Source: Ignavibacteriales bacterium (GTDB taxonomy: Bacteria > Bacteroidota > Ignavibacteria > Ignavibacteriales > DAOSCP01). Taken from it: a stretch of DNA of 64,000 bases. Positions 21,017 to 29,497 of this stretch are shown here, piece after piece; positions within the stretch are counted from its first letter, which is position 1, and the number at the start of each line of letters is the position of its first letter. Below the pieces are notes generated by a model. The model was not told where the DNA came from and did not search any database. It saw only the letters and a list, made by a program, of their open reading frames with translations. A program made the translations under genes and the position numbers. The stretch spans positions 159,600 to 223,599 of the forward strand of contig DAOSVM010000001.1 of NCBI GenBank assembly GCA_035379625.1. The letters run 5' to 3'.

Positions 21017-22168
21017 CTATTGATAAATCTTTTTTAATATTTTTAATGGTTCTTTTACACTTTTGATAGAAGCAAAATTAATTAATTTTTGTTTTAAAAT
21101 ATCCGTTATAAAAATACCCTTACTAATTAAAATTCTTCCATCTTCATCAGTAACATTATCCGCTAGCTGATAGCCTACTGGTAAATCTTTTAATTCGACA
21201 TTAACAACTATATATTTTTCATCTATACCGCTAATTTCGGCTTCAAGTGCAGAAAGTAATAAATTATTATAAATATCTTTATGTTTTGAAAATTCTTCTA
21301 AAATTTGTAATGATGTAAAACCAGATTGTTTTAATTCATAGTAATGGTTAGCTAATGATATTAAATTTCCTATTAGTACCGGTGGGAGTACGTTATTTTC
21401 AAAATGAATATCATTGATGTTGGAATTCACATTGTTTGATTCAAGGATAGCTTTTGCTATATTATTAAGTCTTGGAATATTATTTAAAAGGCTATAAGCT
21501 ATTTCAGTATGTGAATTAAATAAAATTTGTTCGTTGTGAGATAATTTCTGTAAGTTAAATTTTTTATCTAAAATTTCTTGTGGAAGAGTGACAACACCGA
21601 TAAAGGATAATAGAGCAGTTATTTCAATTTCCCATATATTTTGTAAATTAAGTCGTTGTGCAATTTTTTTGCAAATATATCTTATAGAATCAGCTCGAGT
21701 AAAAGCTTTTGGATAAAGTGCAGCTAAAATATCTGTTAAAAGCTTAATAGTTCCTCTCAATGTCTGAGCAAGGAGTTCTTTTTCTGCAATTACAAGTTCA
21801 TATTGTTTAATGGCTTCGTCAATATTTTTAATAAGAACTTCATTGGGGCAAGGTTTTAAAAGAAATCGAAATATATTTCCATTGTTGACGACTTCTATTG
21901 TTGCATTCATATCGGCATAGCCGGTGAGTAGCATCCTAGTAGAATTAGGAGATAATTTTTTAGCCTCGGATAAAAATTTGGCGCCATCCATAATTGGCAT
22001 TTTGTAGTCACTAACAATTACAGCAGGTTTATTTTTTTCTTCTTTTAGGTATTCTAAAGCTCGTGTAGCTTCAGTAAAAGTAATTAAATTATACTTACTT
22101 TTCAATACACGTTTAATACCTTGAAGAACTAATTCTTCATCATCTACGAATAAAATTGTATTATTCAT
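21017..22168 (-). CDS. Response regulator with degenerate (catalytic residues replaced) HD-GYP-like output domain
   Basis: REC domain ('ILFVDDE...VSDYKMPIMDG...TGY'). The C-terminal region is collinear with HD-GYP, but the expected 'LHDIGK' reads 'LSFIGV' and no HHE..DG.GYP motif is present. Confidence 0.7.
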   Translation of the reverse strand: MNNTILFVDDEELVLQGIKRVLKSKYNLITFTEATRALEYLKEEKNKPAVIVSDYKMPIMDGAKFLSEAKKLSPNSTRMLLTGYADMNATIEVVNNGNIFRFLLKPCPNEVLIKNIDEAIKQYELVIAEKELLAQTLRGTIKLLTDILAALYPKAFTRADSIRYICKKIAQRLNLQNIWEIEITALLSFIGVVTLPQEILDKKFNLQKLSHNEQILFNSHTEIAYSLLNNIPRLNNIAKAILESNNVNSNINDIHFENNVLPPVLIGNLISLANHYYELKQSGFTSLQILEEFSKHKDIYNNLLLSALEAEISGIDEKYIVVNVELKDLPVGYQLADNVTDEDGRILISKGIFITDILKQKLINFASIKSVKEPLKILKKIYQ

Positions 22169-22225
22169 ATAGCAAAATAATTTTTAAAATAAATTAATAT
22201 AAAATAACTTTAAAGTCAAATTATT

Positions 22226-23587
22226 TTATTCGTTTACTTGTGAAATCTCTTCAACAGGTATGAATTTTTTTGGTATAAATTTCTTTATAAAATCAAAATT
22301 GAAACTTGCTATTTCTTCGTTAGCACGATATGATATGATTAAGCCGAAGATAAGTAATAAGAAATTTGGAGACCACATTGCCCAAAAAGGAGAAATTAAG
22401 CTTCTGTCAGCAAGTTTTTCACCACCAATCAGCATTGCCCAATATATTAAAAAGAAAAATAAACTTACTCCTGCAGCTACTCCGAAGCCACCTTTTCTAA
22501 TTTTTATACCTAATGGAGCACCTATTATAATAAAAACAATACATGCAAAAGGTATTGAATATTTTTTATGATATTCAACTAAAAAAGAATTAATTTCATC
22601 TTGATAAAATTTAATATTTTCTATTTGAGCACGTAGGATATTATTATTGGACAGTAATTTTAGTTGTAAATTATAATTTGCTTCATCTATACCATATTTA
22701 GCTGAATGAAAAAATGTTGTATCAGATAATATATTATACAAAATAGATGAAAAAGAGATTTTGTAATTATTTTGTAACACTCTTAAACTATCAGCTACTT
22801 CAGAAAGATCATCAGCACTCATTTCTCTACCACCACGTTGTGTAACCGTATTGGATTGTTTAAAGTTAAATTCGTCGGCGGGAAATGAAATTTTATGATT
22901 ACGAAATACAAATTTCCGATAAAGCTCTTTTTCATCATTCGATTTTTCATGAATTTCACCATTTTCTAATTCAAATACTAACTTTGAATTATCAGCTGTA
23001 AAAAAAACTCTACCTTTTTTTGCATTTATAATAGTTGTTGAATTTGGATTACTAAAATTATATACTGTTATATCATACATTAAGTTACTATTTGGGTCAA
23101 GAGCTCTTACTAAAATAGCAGTATTAGGTATTTCGCGAGAGAAAATACCTGGAATAATTGATAACGTTGGTTTTGTTTTACTAATATCGCTTAATAAAAT
23201 TCTTGCGTTATGATTGGCATCTGGATATATGTTATTGTTAAAATACACTAATCCATAAGCAATTAACATACTCCATAAAAAAGGCGGTATAAGCATTTTA
23301 TAAACGCTTATACCTGAAGCTTTCATTATGGTAATTTCATTTTTTTGAGATAAATTACCGAATGCCATTAGTGTGGATATCAAAACTGACATTGGTATAA
23401 CAAGTACCAATATCCAAGCTAAATTATATGAAATTAATTTTACAATTACCCAAAGACTTAGACCCTTTCCAACAATTTTATCAGCATATTTCATTAAAAA
23501 TTGAAGTAAAAATATGAAAATCAAAATAAAAGAAGAAAGAAAAAAAGGTATTATATGATTAAGTATGATATAGCGAAATAATTTCAT
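22226..23587 (-). CDS. LptF/LptG family LPS export permease
   Basis: 453 aa. YjgP/YjgQ architecture: 3 N-terminal TM segments, a large periplasmic beta-jellyroll insert and 3 C-terminal TM segments, with an 'ITIMKASGIS' type motif. Confidence 0.8.
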   Translation of the reverse strand: MKLFRYIILNHIIPFFLSSFILIFIFLLQFLMKYADKIVGKGLSLWVIVKLISYNLAWILVLVIPMSVLISTLMAFGNLSQKNEITIMKASGISVYKMLIPPFLWSMLIAYGLVYFNNNIYPDANHNARILLSDISKTKPTLSIIPGIFSREIPNTAILVRALDPNSNLMYDITVYNFSNPNSTTIINAKKGRVFFTADNSKLVFELENGEIHEKSNDEKELYRKFVFRNHKISFPADEFNFKQSNTVTQRGGREMSADDLSEVADSLRVLQNNYKISFSSILYNILSDTTFFHSAKYGIDEANYNLQLKLLSNNNILRAQIENIKFYQDEINSFLVEYHKKYSIPFACIVFIIIGAPLGIKIRKGGFGVAAGVSLFFFLIYWAMLIGGEKLADRSLISPFWAMWSPNFLLLIFGLIISYRANEEIASFNFDFIKKFIPKKFIPVEEISQVNE

Positions 23588-23594
23588 TAATTTT

Positions 23595-23801
23595 TTATGA
23601 ATTTGATTTTTCTTGTGATTTGTTTTTATAATCAGTTAAGTAATAACCACTACCTTTAAAGATAATACCAGCGTTTTTGCTTACAAGTTTTTTAATTTCG
23701 CTATTACATTTAGGGCATGATTTTAATGGTTCATCTGTTATTTTTTGATATATTTCTAAAACTTCATTACAATTTTTACAGAAATATTCATATGTTGGCA
23801 T
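23595..23801 (-). CDS. FmdB family zinc-ribbon protein
   Basis: 'MPTYEYFCKNCN...CPKCNS' has two CxxC pairs. Start set at ATG 23801, which has a GGAGGT Shine-Dalgarno 8 nt upstream; the ORF track's ATG at 23816 is part of that SD context. Confidence 0.8.
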   Translation of the reverse strand: MPTYEYFCKNCNEVLEIYQKITDEPLKSCPKCNSEIKKLVSKNAGIIFKGSGYYLTDYKNKSQEKSNS

Positions 23802-23815
23802 TGTATTTACCTCCA

Positions 23816-24295
23816 TTATTTTTTATTAAAAATACTTGGTGGAAAAGAATATTCTAAAATTCCATTACCTATTCTTGGTTGATTAAAAAAAGATATTTTT
23901 GTTAAACTGCCTTTTTTAATTTCAATATTTAATTGACTATTAGCTGTTAAATCTGAAATTATATTTGAAATATCAGGTTCATGACCAACTAAAGCAATAT
24001 TTTCAAAATCTGAATAATTATCCAGTAGATTTAAAACCTTTTGAGAATTGGTTCCACAACCTAAATCTTTATGTATTTCCAAAGATAATTCGAAATCTTC
24101 AGCAATAATTTGTGCGGTTTGCAGGGCTCTTAAATAAGGTGAACTTATAATTATATCAATTTTAAGGAAATTTTTCCAAAATTTTATTGAGTTTTTTAAT
24201 CTTTTAATTCCTTCAGGAGTTAAGTTTCTATCAAAATCTTTAAAAGTTTTAGCGTGCTCTTCAGCTTTTTCATGTCGAATTAGATATAAATTCAT
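23816..24295 (-). CDS. sixA: Phosphohistidine phosphatase SixA / histidine phosphatase family protein
   Basis: 159 aa. 'LYLIRHEKAE' (RHx catalytic motif), 'SSPYLRALQTA' and 'LVGHEPD' match SixA-like phosphatases. Confidence 0.75.
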   Translation of the reverse strand: MNLYLIRHEKAEEHAKTFKDFDRNLTPEGIKRLKNSIKFWKNFLKIDIIISSPYLRALQTAQIIAEDFELSLEIHKDLGCGTNSQKVLNLLDNYSDFENIALVGHEPDISNIISDLTANSQLNIEIKKGSLTKISFFNQPRIGNGILEYSFPPSIFNKK

Positions 24296-24300
24296 ATTAT

Positions 24301-25056
24301 TTACTTATTATTTAAAATGTTAAAATTTTTAGGATTTGAAATTTCTTTTAATACCCATTTTTGCATTATATCAGAATTGCTAACATATTTCATTTTAGCA
24401 TAATCAAAAACAAAATAATTATATCTATCATTTTTATTAAAGCCATTCTCCAATAATTCTTTAGAAGGTAATATCTCAGTATAGATTGTATCACGACTAA
24501 AATTTGTAATTACTTGTTTAATGCTACCATATGGATGTGTTAGGCTCAAAAATGTTCTAAACACAAGTGAAATATAATTTTTGAAATCTGTATATAATGA
24601 ATATCTTTGCAAAACAGATACATTTTTTGATAAATAGTTCTCTTGAATTCCTATGAATACTTTATTATCTTTGATAATTCTTTGAACATCAATTTCTCCA
24701 TTAAGAGATTTATCTAACAAGTATAAATTAAAATTTTTGTTATAGATTGCAAACCTATTATATTCAGGATTTGAATATTGCAAAAGAACATAATAATATA
24801 AGTCATAATTCAATCTAATAGTATCAATTATTTTTTTTTGTGGTTTGAGAATTGGTTTATTTATATCGATTAGATTAGATAATTTTGAATTAGTTTCAGA
24901 ATCTCCTTCTACAGCACGGTTTACCATAGCAATGAAAGACTTTAAAATAGGATCTTCTTTTATTACAATTTTATCTTTTTTTGAGCATGAAGGAAATACA
25001 AAAATTGATAGTAATAACCATATAAGAATTAAGGTGTTATTATTTTTTTTATACAT
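24301..25056 (-). CDS. Hypothetical lipoprotein
   Basis: 251 aa. Signal peptide ending in the lipobox-like 'FVFPSCS'. No recognisable domain. Confidence 0.6.
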   Translation of the reverse strand: MYKKNNNTLILIWLLLSIFVFPSCSKKDKIVIKEDPILKSFIAMVNRAVEGDSETNSKLSNLIDINKPILKPQKKIIDTIRLNYDLYYYVLLQYSNPEYNRFAIYNKNFNLYLLDKSLNGEIDVQRIIKDNKVFIGIQENYLSKNVSVLQRYSLYTDFKNYISLVFRTFLSLTHPYGSIKQVITNFSRDTIYTEILPSKELLENGFNKNDRYNYFVFDYAKMKYVSNSDIMQKWVLKEISNPKNFNILNNK

Positions 25057-25122
25057 TTTTTTTATTAAAATATTTTCATTAATTTTAAATTTACAAATTT
25101 TTTATTAAATGGAGAAAAAAAT

Positions 25123-26292
25123 ATGAGTAAAAAATTATCAGTAATTGCATTATTATTAGTTTCTTTGGTTCTAACAGCATTTGAGTGCGCATCTCCTGAA
25201 ATTGAAGGTGCAAAACTTTATATTCAAAGAAAGCAATGGGATAAAGCAGAGGATCAATTAAAGAAAGAAGTTGAAAAAAATCCTAAAAGTGATGAAGGTT
25301 ATAAACTTTTGGGTGATGTTTATAAAAGTAGAGAAAAATATGATTTGATGTTAGATGCTTATGATAAATCATTATCAATAAGTAATCGTTTTGAAAAGGA
25401 AATTACTTTCAATAAAAAAGCTAGTTGGGCTGATTGTTATAACAAAGGTATAGGATACTATAATAGAGGTATTAAATTTTTATCTACTTCAGAAGATACT
25501 GCAAAAATGAATTTTAATAAATCCATAGAATTTTTCAAATTTGCAACAATGTTGCAACCAGATTCAACTGAAGCTTATAAATTGATGTATCAAGCAGCAA
25601 GCTTATGTAAAAAAACTGACGATGTTATTGTTTATTTAGAAAATGCTAATAAAAAGAGTAATAATCCAAAATTGGCTATTATTTTAGGTGAAGTTTATTC
25701 AAAAGAGGGTGCAAATTATTACAATCAATATAAAGATACAAGAAACTTATCTGATAGTTTAAAGGCTTTCACATATTTAGATCAAGGAATAACAATTTTA
25801 AATAATGCATCTCAACAATATCCAACGAACAAAGATATTCTATTACAATTAGCTAGTGCTTATATTTCTGCAAATAGAGTAAAAGAAGGTCAATCCGCTT
25901 TTGAAAGATTAGTAAGTTTAGATCCAACAAATAAATTATATAGATACAATTTTGGAGTTGTACTTTTAGAAATTAAAAGATATGATTTAGCTGCTGAACA
26001 ATTTGAAAAAGCAATTGAAATTGATCCTGAATATATTAATGCAATTTATAATTTAGGTGTTACATATGTGCAATGGGCTGTTAAATTAAAACAAGAGGCT
26101 GAAGACAAAGGTGTTAATGACGAATCTTATAAAGAAAAATTTAAGTTGGCATTACCTCAATTAGAGAAATTCCTCTCACAAAACAAGGAAGATGCTCAGG
26201 TTTGGAATTTGTTAGGTAAGATCTATGCAAATTTAGGTATGAATGATAAAGCTAAAGAAGCTTTCGAAAACGCGGATAAATATAACAAGTAA
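25123..26292 (+). CDS. Secreted TPR-repeat protein
   Basis: 389 aa with a signal peptide. Multiple TPR-like 34-aa repeats (e.g. 'AEQFEKAIEIDPEYINAIYNLGVTY', 'WNLLGKIYANLGMNDKAKEAFENA'). SD 'GGAGAAAAAAAT' precedes the ATG. Confidence 0.8.
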   Translation: MSKKLSVIALLLVSLVLTAFECASPEIEGAKLYIQRKQWDKAEDQLKKEVEKNPKSDEGYKLLGDVYKSREKYDLMLDAYDKSLSISNRFEKEITFNKKASWADCYNKGIGYYNRGIKFLSTSEDTAKMNFNKSIEFFKFATMLQPDSTEAYKLMYQAASLCKKTDDVIVYLENANKKSNNPKLAIILGEVYSKEGANYYNQYKDTRNLSDSLKAFTYLDQGITILNNASQQYPTNKDILLQLASAYISANRVKEGQSAFERLVSLDPTNKLYRYNFGVVLLEIKRYDLAAEQFEKAIEIDPEYINAIYNLGVTYVQWAVKLKQEAEDKGVNDESYKEKFKLALPQLEKFLSQNKEDAQVWNLLGKIYANLGMNDKAKEAFENADKYNK

Positions 26293-26313
26293 TATTTATG
26301 GAATTAGAATATT

Positions 26314-26348
26314 AAAGCAGGCGAGCGTAAGCGAGCTTGCTTTTTTTT
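26314..26348 (+). terminator. Rho-independent terminator of the TPR gene (sequence duplicated, inverted, at 38304-38338)
   Basis: Imperfect GC hairpin AAAGCAGGCGAGC-GTAA-GCGAGCTTGC followed by T8. It lies 22 nt after the stop. Confidence 0.7.
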
Positions 26349-26369
26349 ATTTTAAAAAATACTTTTCAT

Positions 26370-26970
26370 TAGCTCAGACGGTGTAAGCTTAAAGCCCGTG
26401 CACCGAGCGGCGCACGGGCGGGCTTACGCCCAAAATATATTTCACTAATTAAACCATATCTTACATAATATCAACGACATACAACATTTATGCATATACC
26501 AAAATAACTATTGACTGAAAATTTTCCAAAGTAATAGCAAACTTAAAGTATTAAAATATTTTCGTAATTACGATATAATTGTATTTTTCGATATATTGAC
26601 TTTTCTAAAAATATATTTGTATTTACAATATAATTGTATATACGATATATCAATAATCTTTAATAATATATTTGTAAAGACAATATAATTGATTTTACGA
26701 TATAATAGAAAATGCAATTATATTATAAAAAAAATCGCATCAAATATAAAAATTTGAAAGACTAGATATTAGTTTTGTCAAGAGAAATATTTATTGTGAA
26801 ACACACCATCAGACCTGCGTTCAGACGCTGCATCTAGGAAGTTGTGGAATTATGAAACCGTAAGCTACACTTTGTAAGGTGATAAAGAAAAGATTTTTAG
26901 CGGGCCTTCGGCCCGCTGCCCCTTGCGGCTTTCCACAAGCAGCAAGGGGCTAAGCTTATACCGTCTGAGC
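26370..26970 (+). repeat. Full copy 1 of a non-coding MITE-like structured repeat (module A on the left, module B on the right)
   Basis: Left terminus is TAGCTCAGACGGTGTAAGC (26370-26388). Right terminus is GCTTATACCGTCTGAGC (26954-26970), its reverse complement with 1 mismatch. Module A hairpin is at 26394-26419 plus GGGCG-N6-CGCCC. Module B hairpins are GCCCCTTGC/GCAAGGGGC (26918-26950) and AGCGGGCC-TTCG-GGCCCGCT (26899-26917). The core aligns with copies 2 and 3 in reverse complement. No ORF of 60 aa or more. Confidence 0.85.
26556..26727 (+). repeat. Phased iteron array inside copy 1 (3 x 55-bp units plus one offset palindrome)
   Basis: ATAT(A/T)TTTGT/CGT unit starts at 26556, 26611 and 26666. 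Palindromes are TACGATATAATTGTA (26569), TACAATATAATTGTA (26624) and GACAATATAATTGAT (26679), exactly 55 bp apart. A fourth motif with a flipped centre, TGCAATTATATTATA, sits at 26713 (+34). A CGATATA box lies about 20 bp after each palindrome. Confidence 0.85.
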
Positions 26971-27011
26971 CCAGAGATAGAATATTTTTTTTTTTAATAG
27001 AGACTTTATTT

Positions 27012-28010
27012 TTATTTGATTAAAATTTTTGCATAAACCGGGAGGTGATCGCTATATCCGCCGATATATCTTTTGCCTTCGAAGGTTCTGATTGGTAATC
27101 CTTCTGAATCAACATTTTTGCCAGTATACATATTAAAGGATGGGCAATCATATTGGAACTTATTGCTTTCAATTAAGTTAGAGGATACAATAATTTGGTC
27201 GAGCATATTCCATTCGTCGTCAAAGTAGTGTGAACCTTCATCATTATCTGCTTTTTCCCAAGATAAATTGTATAATTGTTTTGGTTGAGGTTTATCTTTA
27301 GAGCATATAAAAGGTTTAGCTTGTAAATATTTCATTATCGATTCATTTTTAGGGGTATCATTAAAGTCGCCCATTATTATTATGTTAGCATTAGGGTTAT
27401 AGCTAAGGATGTAATCAACTCTTTTTTTCAAAGTAGATGCTGCGGTATTTCTAGCAGGCGCTGATTTTTCTTCGCCACCACGTCTAGATGGCCAGTGGTT
27501 GGCAAATACATAGAAAGTATCACCGGTTTGCTTGTGAAGTAATTTCCCCATCACAATATTTCGTGTTGGCCAATCGATTTTTACAGTATCGTCAATAAGT
27601 TCGATGAATTGGAATAAATCTTTTTTGTATAAAATACCAACGTCAACGCCTCTTCTATCGGGTGAATCTTTGTGAATGACTCCAAAGTTATATTTTTTTA
27701 AAAATTGGTCATACATTGTTAGAGTATTTAATACAGCGCGATTTTCAACCTCACAAACAGTTAAAATATCAGGAGCTTTATTATCATTCATAGCAGAAAT
27801 AATTTTTGATAATCTTACAAATTTTAAAATTAATTTTTGGTCATCCCATTTGTACATACCTTTAGGGGTAAAATCTTCATCATTTGTATTAGGGTCATCA
27901 TTTGTATCGAAGAGGTTTTCTAAATTCCATTGAGCAATAAAGATATAATTGTTTTGAGCGTAAATAGGTAAAAAAACTAAAATGGAAATTAATAAGAGTT
28001 TTTTAAGCAT
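27012..28010 (-). CDS. Secreted endonuclease/exonuclease/phosphatase (EEP) family protein
   Basis: 332 aa with a signal peptide. 'AQWNLENLFD', 'LTVCEVEN', 'ANHWPSRRGG', 'IIMGDFND' and 'SDHLPV' are hallmark EEP motifs. Confidence 0.8.
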   Translation of the reverse strand: MLKKLLLISILVFLPIYAQNNYIFIAQWNLENLFDTNDDPNTNDEDFTPKGMYKWDDQKLILKFVRLSKIISAMNDNKAPDILTVCEVENRAVLNTLTMYDQFLKKYNFGVIHKDSPDRRGVDVGILYKKDLFQFIELIDDTVKIDWPTRNIVMGKLLHKQTGDTFYVFANHWPSRRGGEEKSAPARNTAASTLKKRVDYILSYNPNANIIIMGDFNDTPKNESIMKYLQAKPFICSKDKPQPKQLYNLSWEKADNDEGSHYFDDEWNMLDQIIVSSNLIESNKFQYDCPSFNMYTGKNVDSEGLPIRTFEGKRYIGGYSDHLPVYAKILIK

Positions 28011-28073
28011 TCAAGACCTCCGATAATAAAAATTGTTTTAGATTAAAATGAATATAAGAAAAAATATTTTAAG

Positions 28074-28104
28074 AGAAAAAAAATCCTGTGTTAAAACACA
28101 GGAT
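28074..28104 (-). terminator. Rho-independent terminator after the oxidoreductase operon
   Basis: ATCCTGTGT (28083-28091) pairs with ACACAGGAT (28096-28104). On the minus strand it is followed by a T-run (the A-run 28076-28083). It lies 10 nt past the stop at 28114. Confidence 0.8.
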
Positions 28105-28113
28105 TAATTTTAA

Positions 28114-28662
28114 TTAAGCTTCCACTTTTTCGACTAATTCCATACCTTTTTTGATAGCTTCTTCATTCAGAGGAATGAGATGATGGTATCTTTCAGGTAA
28201 AACTTTTTTTAAACCTTTTAGTACATTATCAATATTAAGAATTGGTTTTAATTTAATAAAAGCTCCGAGAACGATCATATTAAGGATTTTAGTATTTTTC
28301 ATTTCAGCAGCAGTTTGAGATGCTTCTATTCCGATAATTTTTATGTCGGTTCTTTTAGGAGGATGCACAATATTAGTAGAATCATATAATAAAAGTCCGC
28401 CGGTTTTTACAGCGCTTTCGAATTTATCTAAGCTAGGTTGATTGAGAGCGATAACGGTATCGAATTTGGAAAAAATAGGAGAACTTACGGGTTCATCACT
28501 AAGGATAACAATGCAATTAGCAGTACCACCACGCATTTCAGGCCCATAAGATGGCATCCAACTAACTTCCTTATTTTCTTCAACACCAGAATAGCAAAGT
28601 ATTTGACCAAGTGATAAAACACCTTGTCCACCAAAACCAGCAATAATAATTTCTTCAGTCAT
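28114..28662 (-). CDS. 2-oxoacid:ferredoxin oxidoreductase, gamma subunit
   Basis: 182 aa. 'IIIAGFGGQGVLSLGQIL' and 'GPEMRGG' are typical of the POR/KOR/VOR gamma subunit. Last gene of a 4-gene operon. Confidence 0.85.
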   Translation of the reverse strand: MTEEIIIAGFGGQGVLSLGQILCYSGVEENKEVSWMPSYGPEMRGGTANCIVILSDEPVSSPIFSKFDTVIALNQPSLDKFESAVKTGGLLLYDSTNIVHPPKRTDIKIIGIEASQTAAEMKNTKILNMIVLGAFIKLKPILNIDNVLKGLKKVLPERYHHLIPLNEEAIKKGMELVEKVEA

Positions 28663-29495
28663 TATTTAGCCTCCTCTTTTTTAGGAACTTTAATATCGCC
28701 TAATTGGTAAAATTTCAACATGTTGTCCTGTAACCACATATTAGATTCAGTAGGTGTCATTTTCCAATTAGAAGGGCAATTTGAAACGATTTCAACAAGG
28801 CAAGTTCCTTTATTAAGTTTTTGATATTCAAAGGCATTTCTAATAGCTTTTTTAGCTTTTCGAACGTGATTAGGGGAAAAAACAGCTTGTCTAGTGACAT
28901 AATAGGTTCCTGGGAGCTGTGCAACGAGTTCAGAGATTTTTAGGGGATATCCGACAAAATTTACATCACGTCCTTCAGGGGAAGTAGTTGATTTCATTCC
29001 TGGTAAAGTTGTCGGTGCCATTTGCCCGCCAGTCATACCATAAATACCGTTGTTTATGAAAATAATAGTAATATTTTCACCACGGTTACAGGTGTGAATA
29101 GTTTCACCAGTACCAATAGCAGCAAGATCTCCATCACCTTGATAGGAAAAAACAAATTTATCGGGAAAAACTCTTTTAATTCCGGTGGCAACAGCGGAAG
29201 CACGTCCATGGGCAGCTTCGCTCCAATCAATATCAAGGTAGTTATAAGCAAAAACTGCACAACCAACAGGGGCAACACCAATTGTTTGCTCTTGAATGCC
29301 CATTTCTTCTATTACTTCAGCAATTAATTTGTGAACAGTACTATGGCCACATCCTGGGCAATAGTGAAATGGATTATCGAGTAGTACGCTTGGTTTTTGG
29401 TATACAATGTTTTCTCTTACGCAAATATCATCTTCATGATGGAGATGATCATCTGTATATAATTCCTCTTGTAGGTATAATCTTTCGTTACCCAT
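28662..29495 (-). CDS. 2-oxoacid:ferredoxin oxidoreductase, beta (TPP-binding) subunit
   Basis: 277 aa. 'CPGCGH' and 'GDGD..AIG..E..H..R.N.....I..NN..YGMTGGQ' form the TPP-binding motif. Confidence 0.9.
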   Translation of the reverse strand: MGNERLYLQEELYTDDHLHHEDDICVRENIVYQKPSVLLDNPFHYCPGCGHSTVHKLIAEVIEEMGIQEQTIGVAPVGCAVFAYNYLDIDWSEAAHGRASAVATGIKRVFPDKFVFSYQGDGDLAAIGTGETIHTCNRGENITIIFINNGIYGMTGGQMAPTTLPGMKSTTSPEGRDVNFVGYPLKISELVAQLPGTYYVTRQAVFSPNHVRKAKKAIRNAFEYQKLNKGTCLVEIVSNCPSNWKMTPTESNMWLQDNMLKFYQLGDIKVPKKEEAK

Positions 29496-29497
29496 AA

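Noticed and set aside
26370-26388. The terminal motif TAGCTCAGACGGT resembles a tRNA D-arm (TAGCTCAGTTGGTAGAGC), suggesting a tRNA or tRNA-derived SINE.
   Set aside because: There is no acceptor stem 5' of it, and GCTC is not matched by a GAGC closing the D-stem. No anticodon or T-arm (GTTCGAATC-like) follows. The motif occurs as an inverted repeat at both element ends.
26596-26625. The iteron units contain TTGACT and TATATTTG (the Bacteroidetes -7 box TAnnTTTG), suggesting tandem promoters.
   Set aside because: The spacing between the candidate -33/-35 and -7/-10 elements (14 nt or 18 nt to poor hexamers) fits neither the sigma70 nor the Bacteroidetes sigmaA consensus. TA-rich motifs are expected by chance in this composition. 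TSS mapping would be needed.
26556-26727. Tandem 55-bp repeats (also at 37903-38061 and 48771-48874) could be a small CRISPR array.
   Set aside because: The units are only about 60-70% similar to each other. The conserved part is an AT-rich palindrome, not a 28-37 bp identical repeat. The 'spacers' are about 15-20 bp and are themselves conserved between the three dispersed copies. No cas genes are present.
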